The notes: generated from the letters alone by a model not told the origin. A DNA stretch of 64,000 bases from Octopus sinensis (GCF_006345805.1 NC_043000.1:28582001-28646000), one strand, 5' to 3'; counted from the first letter of the stretch, positions 25,911 through 40,063 are shown. Program-made: numbers and translations.

Positions 25911-27061
25911 ACGATCATCCACTGTATACTTTGACTAAGAGGAAATTTTACCACTATTTCTCGTTCGCTCAATTATTGCTGGTGTCGTCTATAGTCACTT
26001 GAATTGCGTAGTTTAAATACGTTACATGACGACAAAATTTTCGACAAAACTCAGCAAATGAATATCTCCGAAGATTTTTCACTCTTCGTAAAAATGTATT
26101 ATAATACCTTATTATACAAAACTAACCAGCTTTAGTTTGTTTGTGTTCGTATAATTTATGGCTGAGTGCACCGGATGAATCATTATGTTTTAAACGCATA
26201 TATCTCATTTTGGGGTATCGTTGTTACTTAAACGTACCAAATATATTTATTGCCCGACTGTAAAACAATCTCTCGAAGTCTCGTTCATTTCTCTTCTGTT
26301 TTATTGTATATCTTTAATATCTAAGCACACAGCTGTATTCGTATTTTACATTTCTTTCCGTGCACTTATGTGTTACTTGCATGTATCATATTATTCGTTA
26401 AGTACAGCGCTAGGACTGGAGAAAAGACCACGTCTCTGTTTTTTTTTCTGATTCAAGAAATCAGCATGATGCGAATCACTCTAATGTGTCAGTCCATTTT
26501 GAGAGTAACTGTCATCACTGCCTAGTTTATATCCCCCACCCACACTATTCGTATGTCACTTGTTTAAATGGAGTTTGTCATCTTACTGAGAAAGTGCAAT
26601 TTGTTAGTCATCTGTAGAGGTAGATAAATTTATCTTGTACCATGTGATTTCGGGTTCACATACACACATGCACAAACAGAAATGTATATATAGATATATA
26701 TGTATATACGTACGTATATGCGCACATATACCCACACATACAGATATATATGCATACATACATACATACATATATATATATATACATATATATACATATA
26801 TGTTTGGCTATGTGTGTGCCTCTTTCTGTCTCTGTTTATCATCTCAACCACAGTTTGCCAACCGATATTGGTTTGTTAACGACCTGTAGCCTTGCGGTTC
26901 GTCAAAACATACTGATATAATAAATGCCAAGCATTAAAATACGCATAGCTATAGGATTCGATGTGTTCGATTAAAACTCTTCGAGGCAGTGCCCCAGAAT
27001 GGCCTGAGCCCAATGAAACATGTACAAGACTAAAACAATAGATTTTGCATTTGCTGAAAAC

Positions 27062-27530
27062 TAAGGCGGCAAGCTAGCAGAGATTTTAGCACGCCGGACA
27101 AAATGCTCAACGGCATTTCTTCCGCTTCTTTACATCCTCTTGTAATGAAAGTTACGACCCCGCCCCCTTGCGAGAGATAGACTGGTCTGAGTAAAGTGTA
27201 AATAGTAACGATCCGAGTGAGTTTAGAGTTCGGAGTCGAGTAAAATTTGTGTTAGTTCGCGGTGAAGTCAGAAGTTGTCGGTTGGTTCGTTCGCAAGGAA
27301 TATTGATTGTTGGTTCGTAAAGAGATTTCTTAGTTTGTTACACTGTTTTTACTGTTGTCTGGTCATCTTATTTATTGTACATAACAAATTACGTTACAAA
27401 TTCGATCGATGTTAGCTGTTTCTTTCATCCTTTTGAGGTTTAATAAAATAAGTACCAGTCAAATACTACGATCGATATAATCGAATTGTCCTCTCTTATC
27501 AAACATACTGGCCTTGTGCCAAAATTTCAC
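27062..27530 (+). mobile_element. Diverged SINE family A interrupted by a solo LTR
   Basis: Head 27062-27140; body resumes at 27399 with TTTCATCCTTTTGAGG...AAATAAGTACCAG. Confidence 0.65.
27141..27398 (-). mobile_element. Probable solo LTR (258 bp)
   Basis: Termini TGTAATG...CGTTACA (TG..CA with a short inverted repeat); AATAAA on the minus strand; interrupts a SINE; no TSD seen. Confidence 0.55.
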
Positions 27531-28989
27531 AGAACTATGTATCTGTTGAGATCTTCCTACCCTAATAGTAGGTCACCTGTTTGAGTGAAATTTGTCATTT
27601 TTCTGATGGAGCGGAGTATGTTAATTATCTCCTGGGATGGGTTTTAGTCATCTACCTGTAGAATTGGAGATAGTCAGCTATCAAAGAGTAAGAATGTTGA
27701 TGCTACTAAGAAATTTCTATTACAACAAATGTTTTTTATGTTTTTAATATTGTCGTTTTTCCTGCTATTGTTGTTACCGTTGTTGCTGTGAGCTAACTCC
27801 AAAACAGCCTTCATTAAGAATAAATATGAATAACGAAATATTATATAAAATATTGCTAAGATATTGTCATTTTTTCTGTACATTAAGCGAGATTGCAGAA
27901 AGTGGTTTGAAGAGACCTTAACAGCATGTGTGCATGTTGTTGTGGTTGTTGTCTAAACCTTTGTTGCAGCTTCTTTTTTTTTTTTTTGCTGTGTTTTATT
28001 TGTGGGGATTCTTTTGTTTATTGCGCGCTGTGGGGCTAACAAAATGAGCTGATATATAAGAGTAAAAATCCAGTATTAGTGTATAAAGCTACAGGAGCTA
28101 CGAGACACATTTAAGAACCAGGAATGATTTCATCACATGTAAAAATATAAGAACAGCCAACCAATTTCTCAACCATGTAATCATCTTTTAAGGCCATATC
28201 TCCTCAGCTAATTAGATAACATCATCCACTCCTAACTATTTTGCTCATGTCGTCTCAATCGACTGGAACATGTCAAGTTACTCTTGCCGAGCAGAACACT
28301 AAAGAATAGATTCTACAGATGTAGGAGATAATTTATGACAGCAGGACGCCCAGAAAGAGCGGTTGTCTGAAAATTATTCGACATCATACAACTGATGTAA
28401 ATTTTTTTGTCAGTTATCTGATTATGGTACGATGTTCGAGGAATTTTGCAGAACATTCAAAGTTTATTCATATTCGTATCCTTCGACCATATTTTAGCAC
28501 GTTTAAAAACGCTATTTTGATTCCATACATATACCTAAGTTTCCATGTGACACGATGTTACAAGTTTTAACACTGTGTTCTCTCGTATCTCTTAGAAAGC
28601 TCGATGCATTTGTTTTCTGAAATATGTTTTATTTAGCTACATGAATCATACAAACAATGTGAATGGTTTTTGTTTTTTTATTTAATCCATTGATTTACTC
28701 CATGACGCATGAGAAAGCTGTGCTATTCTGAGCGTTATGATATTATAGAGAAAGTTACTATAACTATTCCCTGTAATGTCTATAGTCATCTGTATCACTA
28801 ATTACATATTTTTACGTTGTTGATGTTGTGGTTGGTGTCTAAACCTATCTCATTTCTGACTCAACGCGTTTCAATCGTCTTACAGATATCGCGTCCTTCC
28901 TTAAAGAGAGTTGGTGTTATTTCAGTAAGCACTGCCTAATATCTCCAGCAGGACGAGCAACTGTGTACATACATTATTGATTCCTTGAT

Positions 28990-29412
28990 TCTTTTACTAT
29001 TTTACTTGTTTCAGTTATTTGACTGTGGCCATGCTGGAGCACCGCCTTTAGTCGAGCAAAACGACCTCAGGACATATTCTTTGTAAGCCTAGTACTTATT
29101 ATATCGGTCTCTTTTGCCGAACCCCTAAGCTACGGGGACGTAAACACACCAGCATCGATTGTCAAGCGATGTTGGGGAACAAACACAGACACACAAACAT
29201 ATGCACACACATACATATGCACACACATACATATATATATATACATAAATACGACGGGCTTCTTTCAGGTTCCGTCTACCAAATCCATTCACAAGGCTTT
29301 GGTCGGCCCGAGGCTATAGTAGAAGACACTTGCCCATGTTGCGACGCAGTGGGACTGAACCCGGAACCATGTGGTTCGTAAGCAAGCTACTTATCACACA
29401 GCCACTCCTACG
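28990..29412 (-). mobile_element. SINE family B, near full length
   Basis: Match to family B from head to tail. Confidence 0.92.
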
Positions 29413-30269
29413 TCTAGTTAAAATATTATAGTTGTTGATGCTGTTGTCGTTGATGCTGCTTCTGTTTTATATTAGGATATTCCTGATGATGCTATACCTA
29501 CAATTAACAGTATTCCATCCGTGACCACTTCGTTTTCTATTGAATATTTCTATTACAATATTATGTAATTCTTTCCTGTTTGGAAACATATGACATGTTT
29601 CCAGGGAGATTTGGTTACTATTGTACGTAGAGCTTGAATGTAGAGGTTACTTTACTGGTTCTCTAGGGGCATATGAACCCCTTTTAATTTCCATGTGAAG
29701 CTTTCCGTGAAACCCAGCTGATGTCTTTCAACAGTCCTCCACAGCCCTACAAAAACTATGCTAAACACAACATTATTATTATCTCTTACAAATTATTACC
29801 ATTGAGCTCCTGAAGGAAGAGTGTTAAGTCCTTAATTAATTTTTTTTCTTATTGTAGTTGATTAGCGATTCCAGTCATTATCTGAGATGAGCTGTGTAGA
29901 TTTTTATTTTGTATTTTCATATCAAATTTTATTTTAACTTTAGGTAAAAATGTATTTGGAAAGTGTCCCATTTTTTAATAGCTTCTAGTTGTCTCTCCAT
30001 TTTTCTTTTTCTTTTCCAATCAGGACCTTCATCACTGAAATATGAGGTTTTGTAGTTTATGAGATGCTTTGTCTGTCATTTCTTTCATTACCATTAGTTT
30101 ATTTTGTTTTTGCTTTGTAGTTATTCTCTCTTTTCTCAAATCTTCCCCCAGATGTCTTAAATATTTTTTCCATAAATTTTGCTACAAAATTTTCTTTTTA
30201 ATTTATTATATAGTTTTCTTTTTATCTTATCAAAACATTCTATTTTGCTTGGTTGCCTTTGTTGCTGCT

Positions 30270-30450
<181 letters not shown>

Positions 30451-31059
30451 GTTGTTTTTTCCCAAACCTCTTTGTTCTCTGCTTTTTCAAATTTACCTTC
30501 TAATTAAAATTCTCTTTTGTTTCTTGAATATTTCGATATTAAAAGAAATCAATTTTTATATTTTTGTATACCGTTCATTTATTTTCTTTCTTAATAACTT
30601 TTTTCTTTTAAGTCATTTATTTTCAATTTCATATATTACTATATATTTTTCTTTGTTGATATCAATGGTATTTTTTTTATTGTTCTTTTGTTGTTTTTTC
30701 TTCTACGCTGTTTCTATTGTTGTGTGTTCATCGATTTCAATGCTAACTTCTTCCGTTATAAAGTGGACAGTTGGGTAAATTACATATTTTATATCAATTA
30801 CATCGTTGCCTTTCCTTAGTTTTAATTCAGGTACAGCATTGTTCTCTCATTTCATTAATATTTTGTGACGTTAAGCAGAAATACAATCACTTCACATTTC
30901 GAGTTAATGCTCTCTATCAAAGTTTCTTGGTAGGTTCAAAAATTACTCCTATAAGTAATACGGTGTTTTCCGGTTACTTTCCTGGTGAATGTTTTTCATT
31001 GCCACTACCTTAGAAATATTGTGAAGATCATCTGGATTGACATCATCTCAAATGATGAA

Positions 31060-31350
31060 ATCATGAGATGAACTGGCCCAAGTAAACAGCAAAACAGAAA
31101 AAATTGGGAATCAATTAGGCCATGTGTTGCGTTTGCCGTTAAAGAAACCGACAAGAACAATCGTAGAATGAACGGTTGAATGTTGAAATAGAAAGATAAA
31201 TAGGCTGGCGGTAACGTGGCAAAAAAACTGTGCAGGAAGACTTGACTGAATGAGTGTTACCTGGGAACGAGGATGCGGTTTCGCTCAGAATGGTACTGTT
31301 TGGAGGACTCTCATCATCCGATGCTCTTTGGGCGAACGGATATCACAAGA
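31060..31350 (+). mobile_element. Decayed RTE LINE 3' end
   Basis: W.DIISNDEIM...LGHVLRLP...TWQK..VQEDL...W....FAQNGTVWRTLIIRCS matches the RTE C-terminal pattern. Confidence 0.65.
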
Positions 31351-32024
31351 TGTTGATTACTGGCCACTTCAGCAAAGGAAATTCATTGTCCCAGGTACGT
31401 TTCTATGGTTGACATTTGTTTGCAATTGTGGACATTTATCCTCCTGTTTTCACATTAATATAATATACTTTATCGCATACGTAGCATACCCAGGCGGCTA
31501 GCTATTTTAAGGGGGACATAATCAATTCTAGATCAACCATGACAAGATTAAAAATTTCAATTCTAAATCAAAGAGCAATGAAGTTGTACAGAATGTACAT
31601 ATTTAATAGTTTCTTTCTCTTCCACATAACAAAATTCTTATGATATTAAAAACAATTTATATTTTTCTGGTACATTCTCCCTTCTTATAATCCATAAACA
31701 TATTCTGACTTTGTATGGTTTTAAAATGGCGTTATTTCCTAGAACTACGATATAAATCAGCTCTTCGTTGATTTATTTCTACTGTGATACTTTGACATCT
31801 CTAAGGTGGTGCAGATCTACTACTGTACTTCTTAATGATGATCGATTTGAGATATATGCTTGATTCGTGGTGGAATCTATCTGTGTACAAAAGTTATATA
31901 TCTCTCGGTTCTATGTTTCGTAAGGATTGTACTGTCATCAAATTTGGTAGAACGATATTGTGTCATATCACATAAGCTCAGTTATGCTTCAACCGACAGC
32001 TGCAGAACCAATATATACAATGCA

Positions 32025-32430
32025 TAAGGCGGCGAGCTGGCACAAACGTTAGCACGCCGGGTGAAACTCTTAGTGGTATTCCTCCGTCGCTACATTCTGC
32101 GTTCAAATTCTGCAGAGGTCGACTTTGCCTTTCATCATTTCGGGGTCGATAAATTAAGTACCAGTTACGCACTGGCGTCGATGTAATCGACTTTATCCCG
32201 TTGTCTGTCCTTGTTTGTCCACTCTATGTTTAGCCCCTTGTGAGTAATAAAGAAATATATATTATTTCGTTTGTCGTTACGTAGTGAGTTCAAATTCCGC
32301 CGAGGTCGACTTTACCTTTCAGCCTTTCGGGGTCGATAAATTAAGTACCAGTTGTGTACTGGAATCGATCTAATCGACTGGCTCCCTCCCCCAAAATTTC
32401 GGGCCTTGTACCTAGAGTAGAAAAGAATAT
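32025..32430 (+). mobile_element. SINE family A dimer (head-body-tail1-body-tail2)
   Basis: Second unit starts at the TATTTCGT junction after AAAGAAATA and ends CCTAGAGTAGAAAAGAATA. Confidence 0.9.
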
Positions 32431-32782
32431 ATACAATGCATATTTTTTACATTGATATTAATCGTATATCTGTAAGTGTAGTCTCTGGTTTGATCTTACT
32501 GCGTGGCATCTACTGTGTAACTTCGGGTCGACCCAAACATTGTGAATGAAAATGAGCAGACGAAAGCCATATTGAATCTCTATAAGTAGGTTGTACTGTA
32601 CTGCAAAAGGTTGAGCTTTGTCAGCGATTGTCACGCTGGTTCTGCTCCCAGTATTACGTTAACGGTACACGTGTCAAGGAATGCTCAAAATGCACGTTAA
32701 TTGAGGAGTAAATTATTCAGTTGATAGAGGAACAAAATCTCCCTCGTCAAACGACGGAGATCCACTACCTCCAATCACCTCT

Positions 32783-32969
<187 letters not shown>

Positions 32970-33640
32970 CGCTGAAACTTTGATTTCAATTTTATAAAAT
33001 GTTACTTACTAACAAAATAAGCTCTATATATTCACCAGCAAGTTCTGCAGTATTCTGATTACCAACATGTAGTTGTAATGTAATTTCATATACGTGAAAA
33101 TTCAGTGTTTGTTTAGAAAGCTTTTGTCTAATATGGCACACATTTTTAAAAGGTTCTGCGCAGTGAGATTTTCTTCGTAAAATCTTCGGCTCCATTCATT
33201 GATTACAGGTATTGATTTATGCTATAATTTCTTTGTTATTCGCGACCTTCAACTAACGCTCTATTTCTCGCACACTAAAACGAAATTGTCATAAGAATTA
33301 CTGAATAATGGAAATATATTAAATTTTTCCTCACATTCAATCCATTTTATGTTTGTGAAGATATTTGGAAAAGAATGAAGAACTCTCTGAATGTATATAG
33401 TTTACGTTCTGAGAGCTACACTTGGCGAATTTATCAAGCAACAATCAGCCAATAGAAAATTCCTCTATTTGACTTGAGTCACCAGCATAGCAACGAGTTC
33501 AAATTTTGCAATGATCTATTTTGCATAACTACAAATTCTCTATGTATACGAGTCAATGCTGTAGACGCAGAACCATTGTACAAATGTAGGCAGTCTTTCA
33601 CTGGGAGTGATTAAGTCTTCTATAAATGTATTTAGAGGAC

Positions 33641-33872
33641 ATAAGGTGGCGAGCTGGCAGAAACGTTAGCACGCCGGGTGAATTGCGTGACGGTATTTCG
33701 TCTGCCGCTACGTTCTGAATTCAAATTCCACCGAGGTCGACTTTGCACTTCATCCTTTCGGGGTCGATAAATAAAGTACCAGTTTCGCACTGGGGTCGAT
33801 GTAATCGACTTAATCCCTTTGTCTGCCCTTGTTTGTCCCCCCTGTGTTTAGCCCCTTGTGGGTAGTAAAGAA
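33641..33872 (+). mobile_element. SINE family A, full length
   Basis: Head to tail1 match. Confidence 0.93.
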
Positions 33873-34174
33873 AAAAACTGTATTTAGAGGACATTGTAGG
33901 ATACAGAAGAAAAGGATGTTCAAACTTCTACTGCCTTACAAATGAAGGACGCATTCGGAATATACAAAAATAGGGATGACCATGACTGGAACGTCTTTGA
34001 CCATAGAGATTTAGACTAGGGCTGACTTCGATGGGGTCAAGATGTTTTACCGAATTTTCATTAATTTTGTTTCTATTTCAAACAAAGCTTTGGATTATTT
34101 TTACCAGGCCTATTTCTTTTTCATTCTAATCAAAGGCAGCTTCATTCCGTTGCTGTCAAAATCAAGAGATCTTA

Positions 34175-34302
34175 TTCTATTTCTTTACTACCCACAAGGG
34201 GCTAAACACAGAGGGGACAAACAAGGACAGGCAACCAGTGCGTAACTGGTACTTATTTAATCGACTCCGAAAGGATGAAAGGTAAAGTCGACCTCGGCGG
34301 AA
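34175..34302 (-). mobile_element. SINE family A, partial and internally deleted
   Basis: Tail1 and body fragments. Confidence 0.8.
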
Positions 34303-34569
34303 AATCAAGAGAACTTATTCGTTCCAAGAGTAATCGTTCTTATAGCTTTCAACTTTTAACTTCTTGTGTATACGCGATGTATTTATTACGTTTCTTCAAA
34401 CTAGTTACCTTGTAGTAATTACCTTATTAATATTTACTGTTTACATTACCTTTACTAGTTCCTCTTCAAAATATCTTTCAGCAAATGGACAGTTTTTTTA
34501 GTCTTTAAATATTTATTGGTTTTTATTTGTTAGTTTCGAAATTTTTATTTACAAATAATCCTTTATTAG

Positions 34570-34740
34570 GCGCAGGCGCAGGAGTGGCTGTGTAGTATGT
34601 AGCTTTCTAACGAACCACATGATTCCGGGTTCAGTCCCACTGCGGGGCACCTTGGGTACTTGTTTTCTACTATAGCCTCAGGCCGACGACCAAAGCATTG
34701 TGAGTGGATTTGGTAGACGGAAATTGAAAGAAGCCCGTCG

Positions 34741-34810
<70 letters not shown>

Positions 34811-35045
34811 ATATATATGTATGTGTATGTATATGTTTGCGTGTCTGTATTTGTCACCCCAAAATCGCTTGACGACCGATGCTGTGTGGGTTTACCTCCC
34901 CGTAACTTAGCGATTCGGCAAAAGAGACCGATAGAATAAGTACTAGGCTTACAAAGAATAAGTCCTGGGGTCGATTTGCTAGATCAAAGGTGGTGCTCCA
35001 GCATGGCCACAGTCAAAAGACTGAAACAAGTAAAAGAGTAAAGAG
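34570..35045 (+). mobile_element. SINE family B, full length with internal (TA)n
   Basis: GGCGCAGGAGTGGCTGTG head to GAAACAAGTAAAAGAGTAAAGAG tail. Confidence 0.93.
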
Positions 35046-35426
35046 AGTTATTCAGTTCTATCATGCATAATATTTGGAAGATCATTTGGAGACAACAATG
35101 ATACAATATTAAAATTACAAGAAGATTAAAACTCATGAGCTTTTGAACCATCCTCGGAGACATCCGACTGCATATGAACCTATCCAACTTTGTACATTTT
35201 CTAAATCAGTTTGACTAATGTCGCATACGATCACAAGTTTACTCTGGCTTCAATTTTAAATAATTATAATCAGTGTTTAATAGCGATAAAAGACATTAGA
35301 AATCCTCACTCTATTACATTCCAGTAGGTCGTTTTCTAATTCTTTACACGAAATGTCTCTAACTATATTTGTCAACCATCAGTTTCATCAGATTCCTCGA
35401 TGCACCCATTTATTTATATTCATGTA

Positions 35427-35590
35427 TAAGGCGGCGAGCTGGCAGAAACGTTAGTACGCTGGGCCAAATGCGTAGCCGTATTTCGTCTGCCATTACGTTC
35501 TGGGTTCAAATTCCGCCGAGGTCGACTTTGCCTTTCATCCTTTCGGGGTCGATAAATTAAGTACCAGTTACGCACTGGGGTAGTAAAGAA
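35427..35590 (+). mobile_element. SINE family A with deletion in tail1
   Basis: Match to family A. Confidence 0.88.
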
Positions 35591-36189
35591 ATATATTTAT
35601 ATTCATGTATATTCCAATCTGTTTACATCCTATATTTATGTTTCTAAGCGTCATGAAAAGCTCGAGAACAGTTTCTTTTTTTTTATATATAAGCATTTGT
35701 ACTTATTACATTTCTAAAACTGCTATCTATTAAAATTTAATTAGCTCTTTCAAATACTGTGAAACACATTCCACATGTCGATACGGTCAGTGTATACTTT
35801 TATGCACCAAAAGAACATTCTCATAAAAAAATCTCAGAAAAAACTGATTGACCTGTCGTTTTGGCTTTGCTCTTTTGGTTGTTTGTTTTTCCACGTTGAA
35901 ATTCTTCGATTTCGCGGCATCACAGTGCAACTCAGTGCAATCCAATTACACAAGACATGGGAATTATGGATTCGTTCCGGCATTTGTTTCCATGTAGAGC
36001 TTATTGTCTTTGATCAATAATTTAGGATACTGTCAATCTATGGTAAAAAAAAAACTATTTTCTAATATATTTTACACTGTCTCTAACAATTTTTAGGATA
36101 CTTCTATTTATTTTTACCAGTGAGACACTACCACCAATAGCAGAAATTTGCCGTACATTACAAAAGATATTAAAAGGGAATAATAAAGT

Positions 36190-36415
36190 GTATATAGTGT
36201 GGTCCATGATAAATCGTTAACCACTACATGCATTTTTTCTCTCTTTGTTTCTCTCCTTGTTTTTTTTCTGTGTCCCTTTCTGCAGAAGAGCGTAGGCTCG
36301 AAATGTAAAAGGCTTTTTCTATTCCTGGGCGTTATACTAATACATCTGTTTGTTTTGTACATCACGTGTCTTCGTCTTTTGTTTTTTTCGTAAACTCTCC
36401 CTATATAATATATGT
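36190..36415 (+). mobile_element. Short Penelope-like element family P2 with hammerhead-like motif 36276-36311
   Basis: CTTT CTGCAGA A GAGC-GTAG-GCTC GAAAT GTA AAAG; homologous to 44673-44840. Confidence 0.55.
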
Positions 36416-36774
36416 AATATAGATGTGGTAGGACTTAAATAATGACTGAATACTCGGTCATGTAGAGTGTATATGTTTATAGATAGCAAAACCCGATAAG
36501 GGGAATTCCGTTTCACGGATCCAATTGATAGTATGACGGGACACAGATCAACAAGCGGTGGATTGTGAACGCGTATGTACAAAATCACAATTATATGGTT
36601 TTGTTGGCATGTATGTGGACGAGTGTGTTTCAACGTGCGAGTTAGCGTGCATGCATGCATGTAAGACTATTATGTGTGAATGTGAGTTCATTGTATCGAA
36701 GTATGATGCGAAGTTTTCGGTGAACGATTAATGTTGGCCATCGTCGTTGGTGATTGGACGTTTGCGTCTACGTT

Positions 36775-37055
36775 CATTTCTTTTACTCTTTTATTTGTTT
36801 CAGTCATTTGACTGCAGCCATGCTGGAACACCGCCTTTTAGTCGAACAAATCGACCCCAGGACTTATTATTTGTAAGCCTAGTACTTATTTTATCGGTGT
36901 CTTTGCCTAACCGCTATGCTACGGGGACATAAACAAAGCAACATAGATTGTCCGATTGTCAAACGATTGTGGGGGGGAAAAACACAGACACACAAATACA
37001 CACGCACGCACACACACACACACACTCACACACACACACTCACACACACACACAA

Positions 37056-37086
<31 letters not shown>

Positions 37087-37226
37087 CGACAGGCTTCTTT
37101 CAGTTTTCGTCTACCAAATCCACTCACAAGGCTCTGGTCGGCCCGAAGCTAAAGTAGAAGACACATGCCCAAGGTGCCACGCAGTGGGATTGAATCCGGA
37201 ACCATGTGGTTGATAAGCAAGCTACT
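36775..37226 (-). mobile_element. SINE family B; head truncated where the Tx1-like LINE 3' end abuts
   Basis: Match to family B with internal (CA)n. Confidence 0.9.
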
Positions 37227-38110
37227 TTATTTCATAATATTTGCCATAAGGCAATACATAGAGGGGACGGACAAGGACAAACATAAAAAGGGTGAAGTAG
37301 CTTTAAACGATTAAAAATTAACAATGATTATCATACAGATGAGATTTAAAATAAATACATTGCCATAAGCAATGTTTAACATAAGTGAAAGGCATCCTAC
37401 ACCAGAGCAGACCCTTTGCTTTCTTTCCGTGGCTCCGCTCACTTGGTGCCAGTTACTCCCAGCTTTCCCTTCGCAAGCTTCCATCTTTTTCTGAATCTTT
37501 CACGTGGCAGGTACCTCTTCTCCAGCCTGATTTTACTGCTGAGATGGTTACTAAAAAGGTTGACTATCGCCTGGCCAGATACGAAGGTACCCATCACAAT
37601 TCCTTTCAACCGCATCTTCCATACTGTTTTTTTTCAATATGGCCACAACGCAGAAAAAAACAGGCCTTCCTCTTCCCGCTAAGAGAAGGAGGCGGTACAA
37701 TCTCGATGAAGGACTCAGCTCATAGCTGTAGTCTTCCCATCGATGACAGTTGTTCTGTAAAAACTATCAGTCCCGATAATTCCGGACATTCCACGAATGC
37801 GTGCAAGACGGTTTCTTTATCCTGCTCGCACCTTGGGCATGTTGGTGAGACGGCACTTCCGTGCCTTGACAGTTTATCACGAACTGGTAACGCCGCACAG
37901 AAGAACTGCCAAGCCAGGGATTTCTGGTAATTATCCAGGTACCCCGGCCCAAACGTTCCTCTGAAAAGGTTGATCAACTGACTTTCATCGTACCCAAGTT
38001 ATCCCCCAAGGCGTCATCGGACTTCGATCCCACTATCCCGCTATAGAAATCCGCAGTGGAACTCTTGTTGCCGGCATTGCCCGTCCGAGATGATAGCTGA
38101 AGTGCATGCT
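37227..38110 (-). mobile_element. 5'-truncated Tx1/L1-clade LINE 3' end (ORF2 C-terminal zinc-knuckle region + 3' UTR)
   Basis: YQKSLAWQFFCAALPVRDKLSRHGSAVSPTCPRCEQDKETVLHAFVECP (ORF 37720..37977): zf-RVT-like C-x2-C...ET..H....C; frameshifted continuation. Confidence 0.8.
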
Positions 38111-38224
38111 CCAAATTCTACCTATTTCAAACTTTAACGGATTGTATTTTCTTTGCTTTTCTTTCTCTTTCTTTATGATCCTAGAATCAAATGGGCATTA
38201 TTGGTCGATAAGTAAGCAGTTTTG

Positions 38225-38520
38225 CCTTTCCTTATCAATAATCGTTATATGTTGTCTATTATTTTCTAACTTCTTGTCCGTTTGAATAGGAAAGTCCCAC
38301 AAAATCTTACATTTCTCCGACTCAGGTACTCTTTCGATTCGATGATTGCGCCATGTGTTTCCACCTCCAAATCCTCATTTTCGGCACTGTTTCCAGTTTA
38401 AAACTGTTACAACTTGGTCATGTCTCTATTTCTTATGTTCTAACATTTTTTAATATTTTTCGGGCATTCTTCCACAATGTGTGCCACTGTCTCGTTCCTA
38501 GTTCCACAGGCTCTACATTT
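38225..38520 (-). mobile_element. Dong/R4-clade LINE fragment (CCHC knuckle + start of RLE)
   Basis: CRACGTRNETVAHIVE...ESEKCKILWDFPIQTDKKLENNR, with frameshifts. Confidence 0.75.
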
Positions 38521-38610
38521 TTATGACACGTTCTCTTCATACATATTTTTTCTCAAGTTGTTTGTTTTTATTGCTTGAGCTTGGACTGCCACAATTAGGC
38601 TCTCTGTTTC

Positions 38611-38701
<91 letters not shown>

Positions 38702-38723
38702 CATTATTATTATTATTATTATT

Positions 38724-39218
38724 GAGAGCAGTGCATGTCATCAAAGTGACACTGGGGTAAAATATACGAAGCCCAGTATACCCATCATGACTACAGGTCT
38801 GATAAGGGTACACCAGGCACATGGATCATAACCATATGTGCGCGACCTGGTGATCTCATATCAAGATAAACAGCGCATGACTTTGCAGGTTGAGTAATCT
38901 ATCCCGATCAAAAGGTCCTTGAATAAGAGTTGCTTAAGGATGTTGAATGAAACACCCATGTTTCCAGAGGTGAATTATTCAAACCCCAAAGAATCCCTTT
39001 CAACACATGGCTATGATGCTCCCCCACTACTTCTGCTCGTGACCAGAGATGCACATATCGTCAGCCACTAAGGGACATGGTCAACTGGTTAAGGTCAAAC
39101 AACTGATAAGAAAATCTGTGGTATTGAACAGAATATTTGCTGTAGCCCATCTTTTATACCAAGACAAAACAATGTACATGATCACATTTCCAACCAGTTA
39201 AGATCAGAAACCATGAGA

Positions 39219-39219
<1 letters not shown>
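38724..39219 (-). mobile_element. Element E in (TAA)n, second copy
   Basis: Reverse complement of the 52286-52831 copy; (TAT)n on both flanks. Confidence 0.85.
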
Positions 39220-39267
<48 letters not shown>

Positions 39268-39433
39268 TATTATTAATATTATTATTATTATTATTATTAT
39301 TATCATCATCATTATCATTATTCATTAAAAAAATAACTGTTAATGAAAACGTGACATTTTTACATTTCCTCTCACGTCATCAGTGAGGAGGTTCCAGCGA
39401 AAAGTTCTGTAAAGTATCTGCCGTCTGCTTTTC

Positions 39434-39495
<62 letters not shown>

Positions 39496-39779
39496 CAGTA
39501 GTATGCGTCTAAAATATTGTATTCCAGACTAATTTGTCACTAAAAGACTTCCATGTTTAATGATATTGGTCAGCCATATATAGGATTACGTCCGGAATGA
39601 TACTGGTGTAGGACAGAGAAGTAAAATGATAATAATGTGATTTACATTATTGATGACTTCAGCTAGTCAGAGCATAATATTTTTAATGTCACTGACTAGA
39701 CTAAATGGCAGCTGGATTGATAGCGCGCCAAGTCTGAATACGATTAAACGCTTTATTTTTTGTTTTTGCTTTTTACTTT

Positions 39780-39795
39780 ACATATATATATATAT

Positions 39796-39858
<63 letters not shown>

Positions 39859-39878
39859 TATGTATATATATTATTATA

Positions 39879-39913
<35 letters not shown>

Positions 39914-39990
39914 TTGTATATGTGTATATATACGTACACACACGCACACACACATACATATATATATGTATATATGTATATACATATATA

Positions 39991-40062
<72 letters not shown>
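39780..40062. repeat. (TA)n microsatellite
   Basis: Direct inspection. Confidence 0.95.

Positions 40063-40063
<1 letters not shown>

Noticed and set aside
37385-37930. 181-aa plus-strand ORF
   Set aside because: Antisense shadow of the Tx1-like ORF2 remnant.
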